A stretch of 64,000 bases of DNA from Usitatibacter sp. (GCA_035553995.1 DATMJE010000060.1:6373-70372); one strand, 5' to 3'. Shown: positions 15,804 to 24,769, counted from the first letter of the stretch. Notes: generated by a model not told the origin, from the sequence alone. Made by a program: numbers and translations.

Positions 15804-17450
15804 TTACGCCGGTTGCGGCGTGCGCAGCGCCGGCAGGACGATCGTCGTGCGGGTCGCCGTGGCGCCGAGCCGCCCGCCCATGCCGGCGACGCGGCTGCGG
15901 ACGGACTCGAGCCGCGGATCGGCCGCGGGCAGCTCGACCGAGGTCCGCGCGTCGCACTCGCATGCGATGGTGAGCGCGATGTCCGCGGCGACCGGCGCGG
16001 TGGACACCACGATGCGGCCGCGTGCCCCGGCCCTCGAGCCGGTCTCGGCGTGCACTTCCAGCAGGCTCATCAGCACTTCGTTCAGGTGCTCGGGGATGCC
16101 GATGCAGGCGGGCAGCTGGGGTGCCAGCCGCGTCTCGATGCGGATGCCGCGGAAGCGGTCGTCGAACGCGAGGAACTGGCAGACCGAGGCCACCATCTCG
16201 TTCAGGTCGATGGCCTCCGGCGTCTCGCTGCGCGCGGAGGCGAACTGCGTGATGCGCCGGCTCATCTCCGCGATGCGGTCCACTTGCTCCACGATGGCGG
16301 CGGGCTGGCCGCCGATGCCCTCACCGGTGCCGCGTGCGCGCTCGAGCTCGTCGGCGAGGCCGGCGATGACCGCGAGAGGGTTGCCGATGTCGTGCGAAGC
16401 GTTCGCGGCCATCGTGGCGAGCGCGGCCATCTTCTCGCGGTATGCCGCCTGCTCGCGCATGGCGGCGAGCTGGCGGGCCCGGGCCTGCTCGTCGATCACC
16501 GTCTGCGCGTAACGCACCAGCACCCATAGCGCGGTGTACAGCAGCGCGAGCAGGCTGCCCAGGATGACGAAGTGCTGCGCCGAGCTCGAATCCACCTTGC
16601 GCTGGTTGCTGCGGGCGGTGGACTCGGTTTGCGCCTGGTTCGCCGCCGCCGTGACCTCGATCGACGCGGTATAGGTGTCGATCTGCCGCAGCAGTGCGGT
16701 CACGTCGGAATAGATCTCGAACACGCCGAGCACGCTCACGTCGCCGGCAACGAACACCGGCAGGTAGCTCTGGATCAGGTCGCGGTTCTCGACCTCGCCC
16801 TCGAAGCTGCTGAAGCGGTCGCGGTGCACCAGCTCGCTTGCGGGCCGTCCATGCGCGGCGGCGCGCCAGCCCGCGTTGTCCGACTTGTCCTCGCCCACCT
16901 GCGCCGCTTCCGACGAGTAGACCGTGAGGCCGCGCAGGTCGTAGACCTTGATCTTGAACACCGCCGTGCCGGCCGTCATGGCGTGCACCGCGTCGTCCGC
17001 GGCCGCGAAGCCGGGAAGGGCGCGGACCTGGCGGCCGAGGGCCGCGTAGCAGGATTGGCGTTCGGCCGCGCCGCGGCAGCTCTCGACCGGGACGGCCCGT
17101 GCGCGCGCCACCAGCGGCGCGAAGCGCTGCTCCCACACCGCGTTTGCGATGACGCGCGCGAGGTTTACGTGGCTCGCCTCGTGCTGCGCGAGCAGGTTCG
17201 CGCGCGCGGCCGCCTTCTGCTCGCGCACCAGCTCCGCCTGCGCGTGCGCGAAGAACGCGTTGGTCTCGACGACCGTGCCCTCGAAGAACGTGCTCTCGGC
17301 ACGCTCGAGGAAGAAGAGCGCGAGTCCCACCACGCCGAATGCGACCAGGCTGGTGACGGTGAAGTACTGGGTGAGACGGAAACGGCCGGGTTGCGAGCCC
17401 CGCAGGAGGCGGGTCCAGCGCGCGTGCCATGAGGTCGGTGCCGCTTGCAC
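15804..17450 (-). CDS. sensor histidine kinase, periplasmic Cache-like sensor; catalytic domain appears degenerate
   Basis: 548 aa with GTG start. Two TM segments flank a ~250-aa periplasmic domain. The HisKA H-box is ANASHDIGNPL. The C-terminal HATPase-like region has poor N/G1/G2 boxes. No adjacent response regulator. Confidence 0.8.
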   Translation of the reverse strand: MQAAPTSWHARWTRLLRGSQPGRFRLTQYFTVTSLVAFGVVGLALFFLERAESTFFEGTVVETNAFFAHAQAELVREQKAAARANLLAQHEASHVNLARVIANAVWEQRFAPLVARARAVPVESCRGAAERQSCYAALGRQVRALPGFAAADDAVHAMTAGTAVFKIKVYDLRGLTVYSSEAAQVGEDKSDNAGWRAAAHGRPASELVHRDRFSSFEGEVENRDLIQSYLPVFVAGDVSVLGVFEIYSDVTALLRQIDTYTASIEVTAAANQAQTESTARSNQRKVDSSSAQHFVILGSLLALLYTALWVLVRYAQTVIDEQARARQLAAMREQAAYREKMAALATMAANASHDIGNPLAVIAGLADELERARGTGEGIGGQPAAIVEQVDRIAEMSRRITQFASARSETPEAIDLNEMVASVCQFLAFDDRFRGIRIETRLAPQLPACIGIPEHLNEVLMSLLEVHAETGSRAGARGRIVVSTAPVAADIALTIACECDARTSVELPAADPRLESVRSRVAGMGGRLGATATRTTIVLPALRTPQPA

Positions 17451-17556
17451 GACATTCCTTCCTGCCCGATGATCCTGCCCGGGATGCCGGCCCCGCAGGG
17501 TGCGGGAGGCTCCAACCTAGCAGGCCCTTCGCTGTCCCATTTGACGAGGAATAAGC

Positions 17557-18657
17557 ATGCGTGCATCCATCGCCGTCCTGGCCTTCCTGCTTGCCGCCGC
17601 CGTCCCCGCCGCCGCCCATGGCCCCAACGATCCGCCGCACCAATCGTACGCGATGGGCGATCTCAAGCTCGAAAGCGGCGAGGTGATCCGGGATTTCTCC
17701 ATCTCGTACGTGACGCACGGCACGCTCAACGCCGACCGCAGCAATGCCGTCCTGATGGTCACCGCCATCGGCGGCAACCATCATCGCATCGACTACCTCA
17801 TCGGCCCCGGCCGTGCGCTCGACCCCGCGAAGTACTTCATCATCGCCACCGACGCCATCGGCAACGGGCTCACGTCGTCGCCGTCGAACAGCAAGGCGCA
17901 GCCGCGCACGCAGTTCCCGCGCTTCAACATCCGCGACATGGTGACCTCGCAGCATCGCCTCGTGACCGGGAAGCTCGGCATAAACCATCTCGTCACCGTG
18001 GTGGGCGCCTCGATGGGCGGGATGCAGGCGCTGCAGTGGGCGGTGAGCTATCCCGACATGATGGACAGCGTGGTGCCGATCATCCCGCTCGCGCGCACTC
18101 CGGCGTGGACCACGGGCGTGCTCGAGATGCTGCGCCAGAGCATCATGGCGGACCCGCGCTGGAAGGGCGGCAACTACGAGGCGAGCGATCCGCCCGAGCA
18201 GGGCATGCGCCTCTGGGCGGGGTGGCTCTCGGGCGTGATCGTGCGCACGCCCGTCTTCCAGGAAGAGTCGTTTCCGAAGGGCGGCGAGGACGAGATCAGG
18301 TTCCTGAAAGGCGTGGAGGACGGCGGCTGGAAGCGCATGGACGCGCTCGACTGGGTGTACCAGAGCTGGGCGTACGACCAGCACGACGTCGGCAACACGC
18401 CCGGGTTCAACGGCGACTACAACCGGGCGCTGGGCTCGATTCGCGCGAAGACGCTGATCCTCGCCGGTTCGACCGACCTGCTCAATCCGGAGTACGAGTC
18501 GATGCAGGCGGCGCGCCAGATCCCGGGCGCCCGCTTCGTGAGCATCAATGCGGAGCGGCCCCTGGGCCACCTCTCGGGCGCGGGTGCCACGGCCAAGGAG
18601 AACGAGGTGCAGAACCGCGAGATCGCGGCCTTCCTCGCGGGCCTCGGCCGCCGCTGA
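17557..18657 (+). CDS. secreted alpha/beta hydrolase, homoserine O-acetyltransferase (MetX)-like fold
   Basis: Signal peptide MRASIAVLAFLLAAAVPAAAHG. Nucleophile elbow VGASMGGMQALQW. MetX-like N-terminal region. Confidence 0.85.
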   Translation: MRASIAVLAFLLAAAVPAAAHGPNDPPHQSYAMGDLKLESGEVIRDFSISYVTHGTLNADRSNAVLMVTAIGGNHHRIDYLIGPGRALDPAKYFIIATDAIGNGLTSSPSNSKAQPRTQFPRFNIRDMVTSQHRLVTGKLGINHLVTVVGASMGGMQALQWAVSYPDMMDSVVPIIPLARTPAWTTGVLEMLRQSIMADPRWKGGNYEASDPPEQGMRLWAGWLSGVIVRTPVFQEESFPKGGEDEIRFLKGVEDGGWKRMDALDWVYQSWAYDQHDVGNTPGFNGDYNRALGSIRAKTLILAGSTDLLNPEYESMQAARQIPGARFVSINAERPLGHLSGAGATAKENEVQNREIAAFLAGLGRR

Positions 18658-18678
18658 GCCCCCACGCGCGCGCTGCGC

Positions 18679-18707
18679 TTGCACGGGCCAAAAATATTTG
18701 GTACAAA
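18679..18707 (+). promoter_or_regulatory. candidate sigma70 promoter (TTGCAC-17-TACAAA with TGn extended -10)
   Basis: TTGCAC at 18679-18684, a 17-nt spacer, then TACAAA at 18702-18707 preceded by TGg. The same TGGTACAAAAC box occurs in the promoter at 21689-21699. Confidence 0.45.
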
Positions 18708-18791
18708 ACGTCCGGGGCAGGAGGAGGCATGCCCGCGTGATGCGGGTATGCACGTACGCAGTGGGTCGTAGTAGCTGGTGGCTGGGACATG

Positions 18792-18821
18792 GGGCGGCGC
18801 CCTCGGCGCCGCCCGCTTTTT
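18792..18821 (+). terminator. intrinsic terminator
   Basis: 10-bp GC stem GGGCGGCGCC/GGCGCCGCCC (18792-18801 / 18805-18814) with a 3-nt loop, followed by GC and T5 (18817-18821). Confidence 0.65.
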
Positions 18822-18898
18822 CCGGCTCGCCTGCGGCCGGGAAACTCCTCCGCTGCGTGCAGTCGAAGCAGGTATCGCCCCTGCCGGAGGAGGCCGCC

Positions 18899-19093
18899 AT
18901 GCTGGTCCTGATGCGCTCGTTCGCCGTGGTCGTCGGCATCCTGGCCCTGGTCGCCGCGTCGCTGTACGCGACGCTGGTGGTCTGGGAGCGCACCCACCCG
19001 CCGCGCCTGCCCACGGTCTCCACCGCGGCGCCCCAGCCGGCCGTCCTCTACCAGTCCATGCCCGCGAAGGGCGTCGCCCGCGCGGTGCGCTGA
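18899..19093 (+). CDS. small single-pass membrane protein (64 aa), hypothetical
   Basis: GGAGGAGG Shine-Dalgarno lies 5 nt before the ATG. Hydrophobic segment FAVVVGILALVAASLYATLVVW. Very high GC3. Confidence 0.6.
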   Translation: MLVLMRSFAVVVGILALVAASLYATLVVWERTHPPRLPTVSTAAPQPAVLYQSMPAKGVARAVR

Positions 19094-19100
19094 AGCGCGG

Positions 19101-19595
19101 CTATTCCGCCGCGTCGCCGTCGCGCAGGATGTCGCCGATGGGCGTCGAGGCCGCGCGGCGATCGACGCGGCCCATGCGCTGCAGCACCTTCTCGAGCTGC
19201 GTGTGGAGCGCCCGCAGCTCGCGCGCTTCCATGTCCATGAGCGCCTTCTGCAGGATGCCGGCCGAGGGCTTCGGCGCCTTTTGCAGGCGCTTCTTGCCGG
19301 TGGCCGTGGCGGAAATGGTGACCACCCGCTGGTCCTCGCCTTCGCGGGCGCGCTCGACCAGGCCCATCGACTCCAGCCGCTTCACGAGGTTGCTCGCCGT
19401 GGAGAGGTGGATCGCCAGCTTGCGGGCGAGGTCGCCGACGGTGAGGTGGCGCGCGCCCACGATCTCGGCCAGTGCCCAGAGCTGCGCGCCGCCGAGGCCC
19501 GAGCGCTCCTCCACGCGGCGGTAGTGGGTGTCCATGGACCGCACCAGGACGCGGAACTGCTTGAGGACTGCGATCATGAGGTCGTGGTCGGCCAC
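19101..19595 (-). CDS. MarR family transcriptional regulator
   Basis: 164 aa. Winged-helix segment GAQLWALAEIVGARHLTVGDLARKLAIHLSTASNLVKRLESMGLVER. Confidence 0.9.
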   Translation of the reverse strand: MADHDLMIAVLKQFRVLVRSMDTHYRRVEERSGLGGAQLWALAEIVGARHLTVGDLARKLAIHLSTASNLVKRLESMGLVERAREGEDQRVVTISATATGKKRLQKAPKPSAGILQKALMDMEARELRALHTQLEKVLQRMGRVDRRAASTPIGDILRDGDAAE

Positions 19596-19640
19596 ACGGC
19601 TACTGTGCCATGCCTGCCCCGCGCGGGATACTGTCGCCGC

Positions 19641-20624
19641 CTATTCGGCCTTGGCGCCGGATTCCTTCGCGAGGCGCACCCAGAGCTTCTCGTCCTGCGC
19701 GAGGAACGCCGCGAACGCCTCGGGCGACTTCGACAGCGACACCTCCGTGCCCTCGAGCGCGAGCGTGGCCTTCACCTGCGGCTGGCGGCCGGCGATGGTC
19801 GCCGCGTCGAAGATCTTTCCCACGACATCGGACGGCGTTCCGGCCGGCACGAAGAGGCCGTACCAGAAGCTCAGGCTGTATTCGGGCAGCCCCGCCTCGA
19901 CCATGCCGGGGATCTCGGGCATCAACGGCGAACGCTCGGGGCTCGTGACCGCGAGGGCCCGCAGCCGCCCCGCCTTGACCATCGGCAGCACCGAGGGCGG
20001 CGTTGCGAAGGTGACCTGCGTGTCGCCCGCCACGACCGACGTGACCGCGGGCGCGCCGCCCTTGAACGGGACGTGCACCATCTCGGTCCCCGTGACCTGC
20101 GTGAAGAGCGCCGCGCCGAAGTGCGGCGCGGAGCCCACGCCGGAGGTCGCGTAGTTGAGGCGGCCGGGCGTCTTCTTCGCCTCGCGTATGAGGTCCTGGA
20201 CGGAAGCGATGCCGGTGGCGGGATTCACCACGATGAGCAGCGGCGAGGTGGTGACCTTCGTGACCGGCGCGAGATCCGACGGCTTGTAGCCCAGCTTCGG
20301 GTTCAGCGCGGGATTGACGGAGATGCTCGCCGGGCTCGCGATGAGCACGGTGTAGCCGTCCGGTGGCGACTTCGCGACCATTTCCGCCGCGATCGACGAT
20401 CCCGCGCCGGCGCGATTCTCGACCACGACCGGCTGCCCCAGCGCGCGCGAAAGCGAATCGGCGAACGCACGCCCGACCGTGTCCGCCGCGCCGCCCGGGG
20501 CGAAGCCCACCACGAGGCGGATCGGCCGCGTAGGCCACGATTGCGCCGCGGCGTCGAACACCGGCAGCGACGCGGCCACCAGCAGCGCGGCGGCGACGAG
20601 CCTTCGCGCGAAGTTCTCCTTCAT
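19641..20624 (-). CDS. Bug-family (TctC-like) substrate-binding protein
   Basis: 327 aa from MKENF, with a signal peptide. WPTRPIRLVVGFAPGGAAD and VENRAGAGS motifs. The ATG overlaps the upstream stop (ATGA at 20621-20624). Confidence 0.9.
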   Translation of the reverse strand: MKENFARRLVAAALLVAASLPVFDAAAQSWPTRPIRLVVGFAPGGAADTVGRAFADSLSRALGQPVVVENRAGAGSSIAAEMVAKSPPDGYTVLIASPASISVNPALNPKLGYKPSDLAPVTKVTTSPLLIVVNPATGIASVQDLIREAKKTPGRLNYATSGVGSAPHFGAALFTQVTGTEMVHVPFKGGAPAVTSVVAGDTQVTFATPPSVLPMVKAGRLRALAVTSPERSPLMPEIPGMVEAGLPEYSLSFWYGLFVPAGTPSDVVGKIFDAATIAGRQPQVKATLALEGTEVSLSKSPEAFAAFLAQDEKLWVRLAKESGAKAE

Positions 20625-21595
20625 GCGATCTCCAGGACGATCTTGCCGACGTGCCGGTTCGCATCCATGCGCTCGCGCGCGTCCGGCAACTGTTCGAAAG
20701 GATAGCTGCTGTCGATGACCGGCCGGATGCGGCCGTCGGCGATCGCCGGCATGAGGTCGCGCATGAAGGCCGGCACGCCCGAGGCGCGCTGCTCCTTCGT
20801 GCGCAGCTTGTTGGAGACGCCGAAGAGCGTGAGGCGCTTCGTGTGCAGCGCCTGCAGGTCGATCGTGGCCTCGAGCGTGTCGTCGACGTAGCCGACGGTG
20901 GCGAGGCGGCCCTCGAAGGCCATCGCGCGCACGCATTCGGCGAACACCGTGCCGCCGACTGCGTTCACGACGAGGTTCACTCCCTTGCCGCCCGTGGCCT
21001 CCATCACGGCATCGTGGAAGCCGCCGCCGCGCGCCGCGATCCCGAGGTCGAGCCCTTCGGCGCGCAGGCGCTCGAGCTTCTGCGGCGAGCCGGAGGTGCC
21101 GATGACGCGCGCGCCCAGCGCCTTCGCAGCCTGCAGCGATGCGACGCCGACCCCGGACGACACGGCCGTCACCAACACCCATTCGCCCGCACGAAGCCGT
21201 CCCTGCTGCACCAGCATGTCGTGCACGACGAGGAAGGTGAGGGGAATGGAGGCGCCCTGGGCGTAGGTGAGCGCGTCGGGCATGCGGATCGCCTCGCGCA
21301 CCTCCATCACCGCGTACTCGGAGAAGGCTCCCGCGCAGCGGCCCATCACGCGGTCGCCCGCGCTGAAGCCGCCGTCACCGGTCGCGGCCCGTACCACCTC
21401 GCCCGCGCCCTCGGCGCCGATCGCCTTGCTGGTGCCGGTCTTCTGCAGCCCGTGGCCGAGGATGAACTCGCCGCGATTGAGGCTCGCCGCGCGCATGCGC
21501 ACCAGGAGCTGCCCCGCGGCGGGCTCGGGCATCGGCACCTCGCGCAGCTCGAGCGTGGCCGCGTCCGCCTGCGCCTGCATGAACCACGACTTCAT
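20621..21595 (-). CDS. zinc-type alcohol dehydrogenase / NADPH:quinone oxidoreductase family protein
   Basis: 324 aa from MKSWFMQ. MDR-family layout with Rossmann motif VTAVSSGVGVASLQ. Confidence 0.9.
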   Translation of the reverse strand: MKSWFMQAQADAATLELREVPMPEPAAGQLLVRMRAASLNRGEFILGHGLQKTGTSKAIGAEGAGEVVRAATGDGGFSAGDRVMGRCAGAFSEYAVMEVREAIRMPDALTYAQGASIPLTFLVVHDMLVQQGRLRAGEWVLVTAVSSGVGVASLQAAKALGARVIGTSGSPQKLERLRAEGLDLGIAARGGGFHDAVMEATGGKGVNLVVNAVGGTVFAECVRAMAFEGRLATVGYVDDTLEATIDLQALHTKRLTLFGVSNKLRTKEQRASGVPAFMRDLMPAIADGRIRPVIDSSYPFEQLPDARERMDANRHVGKIVLEIA

Positions 21596-21656
21596 CGTGC
21601 CTCCCGTCGATGTCCGGCCCCGCACTCTAGCGCATCCCGCGGGCCCCGCCGCACGA

Positions 21657-21717
21657 GCAACCGTCCGGTTGCCTTTTGCCGGCGCGCATGGTACAAAACA
21701 GGCAACCGGGAGGTTGC
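21657..21717 (+). promoter_or_regulatory. promoter flanked by two identical 16-bp palindromes (candidate ArsR-type operators)
   Basis: GCAACC-N4-GGTTGC occurs at 21657-21672 and again at 21702-21717 (centres 45 bp apart). Between them lies TTGCCT (21669-21674), a 17-nt spacer and TACAAA (21692-21697). Site 2 holds the GGGAGG ribosome-binding site in its loop, just before ATG 21720. Confidence 0.5.
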
Positions 21718-21719
21718 CC

Positions 21720-22211
21720 ATGGACACGGACCGCATCGAGAAGCGCATCGTGCTGCGCGCGCCGCGCGAGCGCGTATGGAAGGCGGTGAGCGAGGCGAAG
21801 GCGTTCGGCAGCTGGTTCGGCGTCGAGTTCGACGGCCCGTTCCGCGAGAACACGCGCCTCACCGGGCGCATCGTGCCCACGGCGGTGGACCCGGAAGTGG
21901 CGAAGCTGCAGGAGCCGCATCGCGGCAAGGCGTTCGAGTTCACGGTCGGGCGCATCGAGCCGCAGCGCCGCATCGAGTTCCGCTGGCATCCCTATGCCAT
22001 CGAGCCGGGCGTGGATTATTCGCGCGAGGAAACGACGCTCATCGTCTTCGAGCTCGCGGATGCGCCGGGCGGCACCGAGCTCACGATCACGGAGTCCGGC
22101 TTCGACCGCATCCCGCTCGAGCGGCGCGCGAAGGCGTTCGCCGCCAACGATGCGGGCTGGGCCCACCAGCTCGAGCTCGTGCGCAAGTACCTCGCCCTGC
22201 AGCCCGCATGA
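21720..22211 (+). CDS. SRPBCC (AHSA1/START-like) domain protein
   Basis: 163 aa. IEKRIVLRAPRERVWKAVSEA... is the typical N-terminus of the Aha1/BPI-like SRPBCC family. Commonly paired with ArsR regulators. Confidence 0.85.
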   Translation: MDTDRIEKRIVLRAPRERVWKAVSEAKAFGSWFGVEFDGPFRENTRLTGRIVPTAVDPEVAKLQEPHRGKAFEFTVGRIEPQRRIEFRWHPYAIEPGVDYSREETTLIVFELADAPGGTELTITESGFDRIPLERRAKAFAANDAGWAHQLELVRKYLALQPA

Positions 22212-22558
22212 CGCCGCGGGCGAGGGACAGCGCGCGGCTGCAGGACAATGCGCCGGTCTTCGCCGCGCTGGGCGATCCGACGCGCCTGAGGCTCGTCGCG
22301 CGGCTGTGCGAGCGCGGACCGCTGTCCATCGCGCGGCTGGCCGATGGGGTGACGGTGTCGCGCCAGGCGGTGGCGAAGCATTTGCGGGCGCTCGAGGAAG
22401 CGGGACTGGTGCACGGCACCCGGGCCGGCCGCGAGAGCGTCTGGGAGCTGCGCCCGGCACGGCTCGCGCAGGTGCGCCGCGCGCTCGAACGCATCTCGAG
22501 CGACTGGGACGCGGCCCTCGGACGGCTGCGCCTGATGGTGGAGGACGAGGCGCCCTGA
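22208..22558 (+). CDS. ArsR/SmtB family transcriptional regulator
   Basis: 116 aa. FAALGDPTRLRLVARLCERGPLSIARLADGVTVSRQAVAKHLRALEEAGLV. The ATG overlaps the upstream stop (ATGA at 22208-22211). Confidence 0.9.
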   Translation: MTPRARDSARLQDNAPVFAALGDPTRLRLVARLCERGPLSIARLADGVTVSRQAVAKHLRALEEAGLVHGTRAGRESVWELRPARLAQVRRALERISSDWDAALGRLRLMVEDEAP

Positions 22559-22632
22559 GCGGCGTTGATCCATCTCAAGGCCGTTCGCGTAGCATGCGTA
22601 AAGATGTCCCTGTCATTCCAGCGAAAGATCCC

Positions 22633-23349
22633 ATGAAAGCACGCATTTTCCTCGCGGCGGCGCTTGCGGCCGCGAGCCTCGGCCCGGCCATGGCAGCGAC
22701 AGCGCAAAGTGGCACGCTCTCGGGCGAGGTGCTCGAGGCCCGCAGCGTCGAGGGCTACACGTACCTGCGCCTCAAGACTGCGACCGGCGAGACGTGGGCC
22801 GCGGTGCCCACCACGACGGTCAAGCCCGGCGAGCGCGTGACCCTCGCGGACCCGATGGTGATGGAGAACTTCGAGAGCAAGTCGCTCAAGCGCAAGTTCG
22901 ACCGCATCGTGTTCGCAACCGTGGCCGGCAACGATGCCGCGCCCGCCGCCGCGAATGCCGCGCCGGCAGCCGCGAGTGCCGCGCCGCGCGCCGCACCGAA
23001 GGCCGCCCCGGCGCCCGCGCCCGTGGCGAAGGTGGCAAAGGCGACCGAACCGGATGCGAAGACGGTCGGAGAGGTTTCCACCGGCAAGGCCGCCCTCAAG
23101 GACCGCAGCGTCACCGTGCGCGGCCAGGTCGTCAAGGTGAACTCCGGCATCCTCGGCAAGAACTGGCTGCACCTGCAGGACGGCACGGGCAAGGCGGCCG
23201 ACGGCAGCGACGACCTCATCGTCACCACCACCGATGCCGCCGCCGTGGGCGACGTGGTCACCATCAGCGGCACCGTGCGCACCGACGTGAACGTGGGCTC
23301 CGGCTACGCGTATGCGGTGCTGGTGGAGAACGCGAAGGTTCGCAAGTAA
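22633..23349 (+). CDS. secreted hypothetical protein, two beta-rich domains joined by an Ala/Pro-rich linker
   Basis: Signal peptide MKARIFLAAALAAASLGPAMA and a ~50-aa A/P linker. The C-terminal part looks OB-fold-like by eye. No firm family assignment. Confidence 0.6.
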   Translation: MKARIFLAAALAAASLGPAMAATAQSGTLSGEVLEARSVEGYTYLRLKTATGETWAAVPTTTVKPGERVTLADPMVMENFESKSLKRKFDRIVFATVAGNDAAPAAANAAPAAASAAPRAAPKAAPAPAPVAKVAKATEPDAKTVGEVSTGKAALKDRSVTVRGQVVKVNSGILGKNWLHLQDGTGKAADGSDDLIVTTTDAAAVGDVVTISGTVRTDVNVGSGYAYAVLVENAKVRK

Positions 23350-23361
23350 CTCCGCGGGTTG

Positions 23362-24279
23362 CTACTCCGTGGGCAGGAATCCCTCCACGGAGAGGTAGCG
23401 CTCGCCGGTGTCGTAGTTGAACCCGAGCACGCGGGCACCGCTGCCCAGCTCGGGCAGCTTCTGCGCGATCGCGGCGAGCGTGGCCCCCGAGGAAATTCCC
23501 ACGAGGATGCCTTCCTCGCGCGCGCAGCGCCGCGCCATCTCCTTCGCGGCCTCGGCCTCGACGAGGATGATGCCGTCGAGCAGCGACGTATCCATGATCG
23601 CCGGGATGAAGCCCGCGCCGATGCCCTGGATCGGATGCGCCGAGTGCTTGCCGCCGGACAGCACCGGGGAAGCGGTGGGCTCGACCGCGAACACCTTGAG
23701 CTGCTTCCACTGCTTCTTCAGCACCTGCGCGCAGCCGGTGATGTGCCCGCCGGTGCCGACGCCGGTGATGATCGCATCCAGCCCCTCGGGAAAATCCGCG
23801 AGGATCTCGCGTGCGGTGGTGCGCGCGTGAACCTCCACGTTCGCCGGATTCTCGAACTGCTGCGGGATCCAGCCGCCGGGTGTGCCGGCGAGGATCTCCT
23901 GCGCCTTCGCGATCGCGCCCTTCATGCCCTCCGCGCGCGGCGTGAGGACCAGCTTCGCGCCGTACGCGAGCACGAGGCGGCGGCGCTCGACCGACATGCT
24001 GTCGGGCATCACGAGGATGAGCGGGTAGCCCTTCACGGCGGCCGCCATGGCAAGCCCGATGCCGGTATTTCCCGACGTGGGCTCGATGATGGTCGCACCC
24101 CTGGCGAGCCGCCCGTCGCGCTCGGCCGCCTCGATCATCGCGAGCCCGATGCGGTCCTTGATCGAGCCGCCGGGATTCGAGCGCTCGGACTTCACCCACA
24201 CTTCGCTCGCACCGAAGAGGCGATTGATGCGGATGTGCGGCGTGTTGCCGATGGTAGCGAGGATGTTCGCCGCTTTCAT
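23362..24279 (-). CDS. cysK: cysteine synthase A (O-acetylserine sulfhydrylase)
   Basis: 305 aa. NPGGSIKDR (PLP lysine), [10 protein letters not shown] and [10 protein letters not shown] motifs. Confidence 0.95.
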   Translation of the reverse strand: MKAANILATIGNTPHIRINRLFGASEVWVKSERSNPGGSIKDRIGLAMIEAAERDGRLARGATIIEPTSGNTGIGLAMAAAVKGYPLILVMPDSMSVERRRLVLAYGAKLVLTPRAEGMKGAIAKAQEILAGTPGGWIPQQFENPANVEVHARTTAREILADFPEGLDAIITGVGTGGHITGCAQVLKKQWKQLKVFAVEPTASPVLSGGKHSAHPIQGIGAGFIPAIMDTSLLDGIILVEAEAAKEMARRCAREEGILVGISSGATLAAIAQKLPELGSGARVLGFNYDTGERYLSVEGFLPTE

Positions 24280-24349
24280 GGAGGCTCCCGTGGCAGGCGA
24301 TGGAGGGCGCCCAATCTACCACGCGCGGCGCTGTCGTCCGGATCGCGGC

Positions 24350-24748
24350 TCAGCCGCTCCTGCCGCCGAACGAAGCCACGACGAGCATCGCGAGCATCGC
24401 GGCCGTGCAGATCCAGAACGCGAAGCGCCGCCGGCCCAGCGCCTCGGTCGCATACAGGGGCGCCGGGGGCGCATGGCGCGGGACGATGTACACGTCGTAG
24501 AACGCGAAGCTCATGTAGCCGGCCGCGAACACCAGGAAGATCGGTTGCAGCGGCTCCAGCGACTCGAGGCGGGCCATCCAGTCCGCACCGATGCCCAGCC
24601 TCGTGTAGAGCTTGCCGAAGCAGCACAGCGTCGCCCCGGACATCGAGATCAGCCCGCCAGCGAGGGACGTGGACGTTTTCAAGGGAGTCCTGCGCGCTCC
24701 GGCCGTTCTCGGCCCCCGCATGATCGCCGGGGCGTGCGTCGCGGTCAA
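24350..24748 (-). CDS. MerT-like three-TM membrane protein with CC motif in TM1 (start uncertain)
   Basis: LAGGLISMSGATLCCFG ... LEPLQPIFLVFAAG parallels the MerT pattern (CC in TM1, LEPyrPIF before TM2). It lacks the second cytosolic Cys pair of MerT. It lies 22 nt downstream of the oxidoreductase gene. Confidence 0.5.
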   Translation of the reverse strand: MTATHAPAIMRGPRTAGARRTPLKTSTSLAGGLISMSGATLCCFGKLYTRLGIGADWMARLESLEPLQPIFLVFAAGYMSFAFYDVYIVPRHAPPAPLYATEALGRRRFAFWICTAAMLAMLVVASFGGRSG

Positions 24749-24769
24749 ATGCGCGGCGATAAACGCGTG

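Noticed and set aside
18729-18740. Annotating the ATG-CCC-GCG-TGA mini-ORF as a peptide gene
   Set aside because: A 3-codon ORF cannot be supported as a gene from sequence alone. It is reported only as part of the candidate regulatory leader.
16321-19023. 900-aa minus-strand ORF, together with the 865-aa + ORF 2630..5227 and the 735-aa + ORF 24047..26254
   Set aside because: Each overlaps several well-supported genes on the opposite strand and translates to Arg/Gly/Ala/Pro-rich sequence with no recognisable domains. They are treated as GC-driven spurious ORFs.
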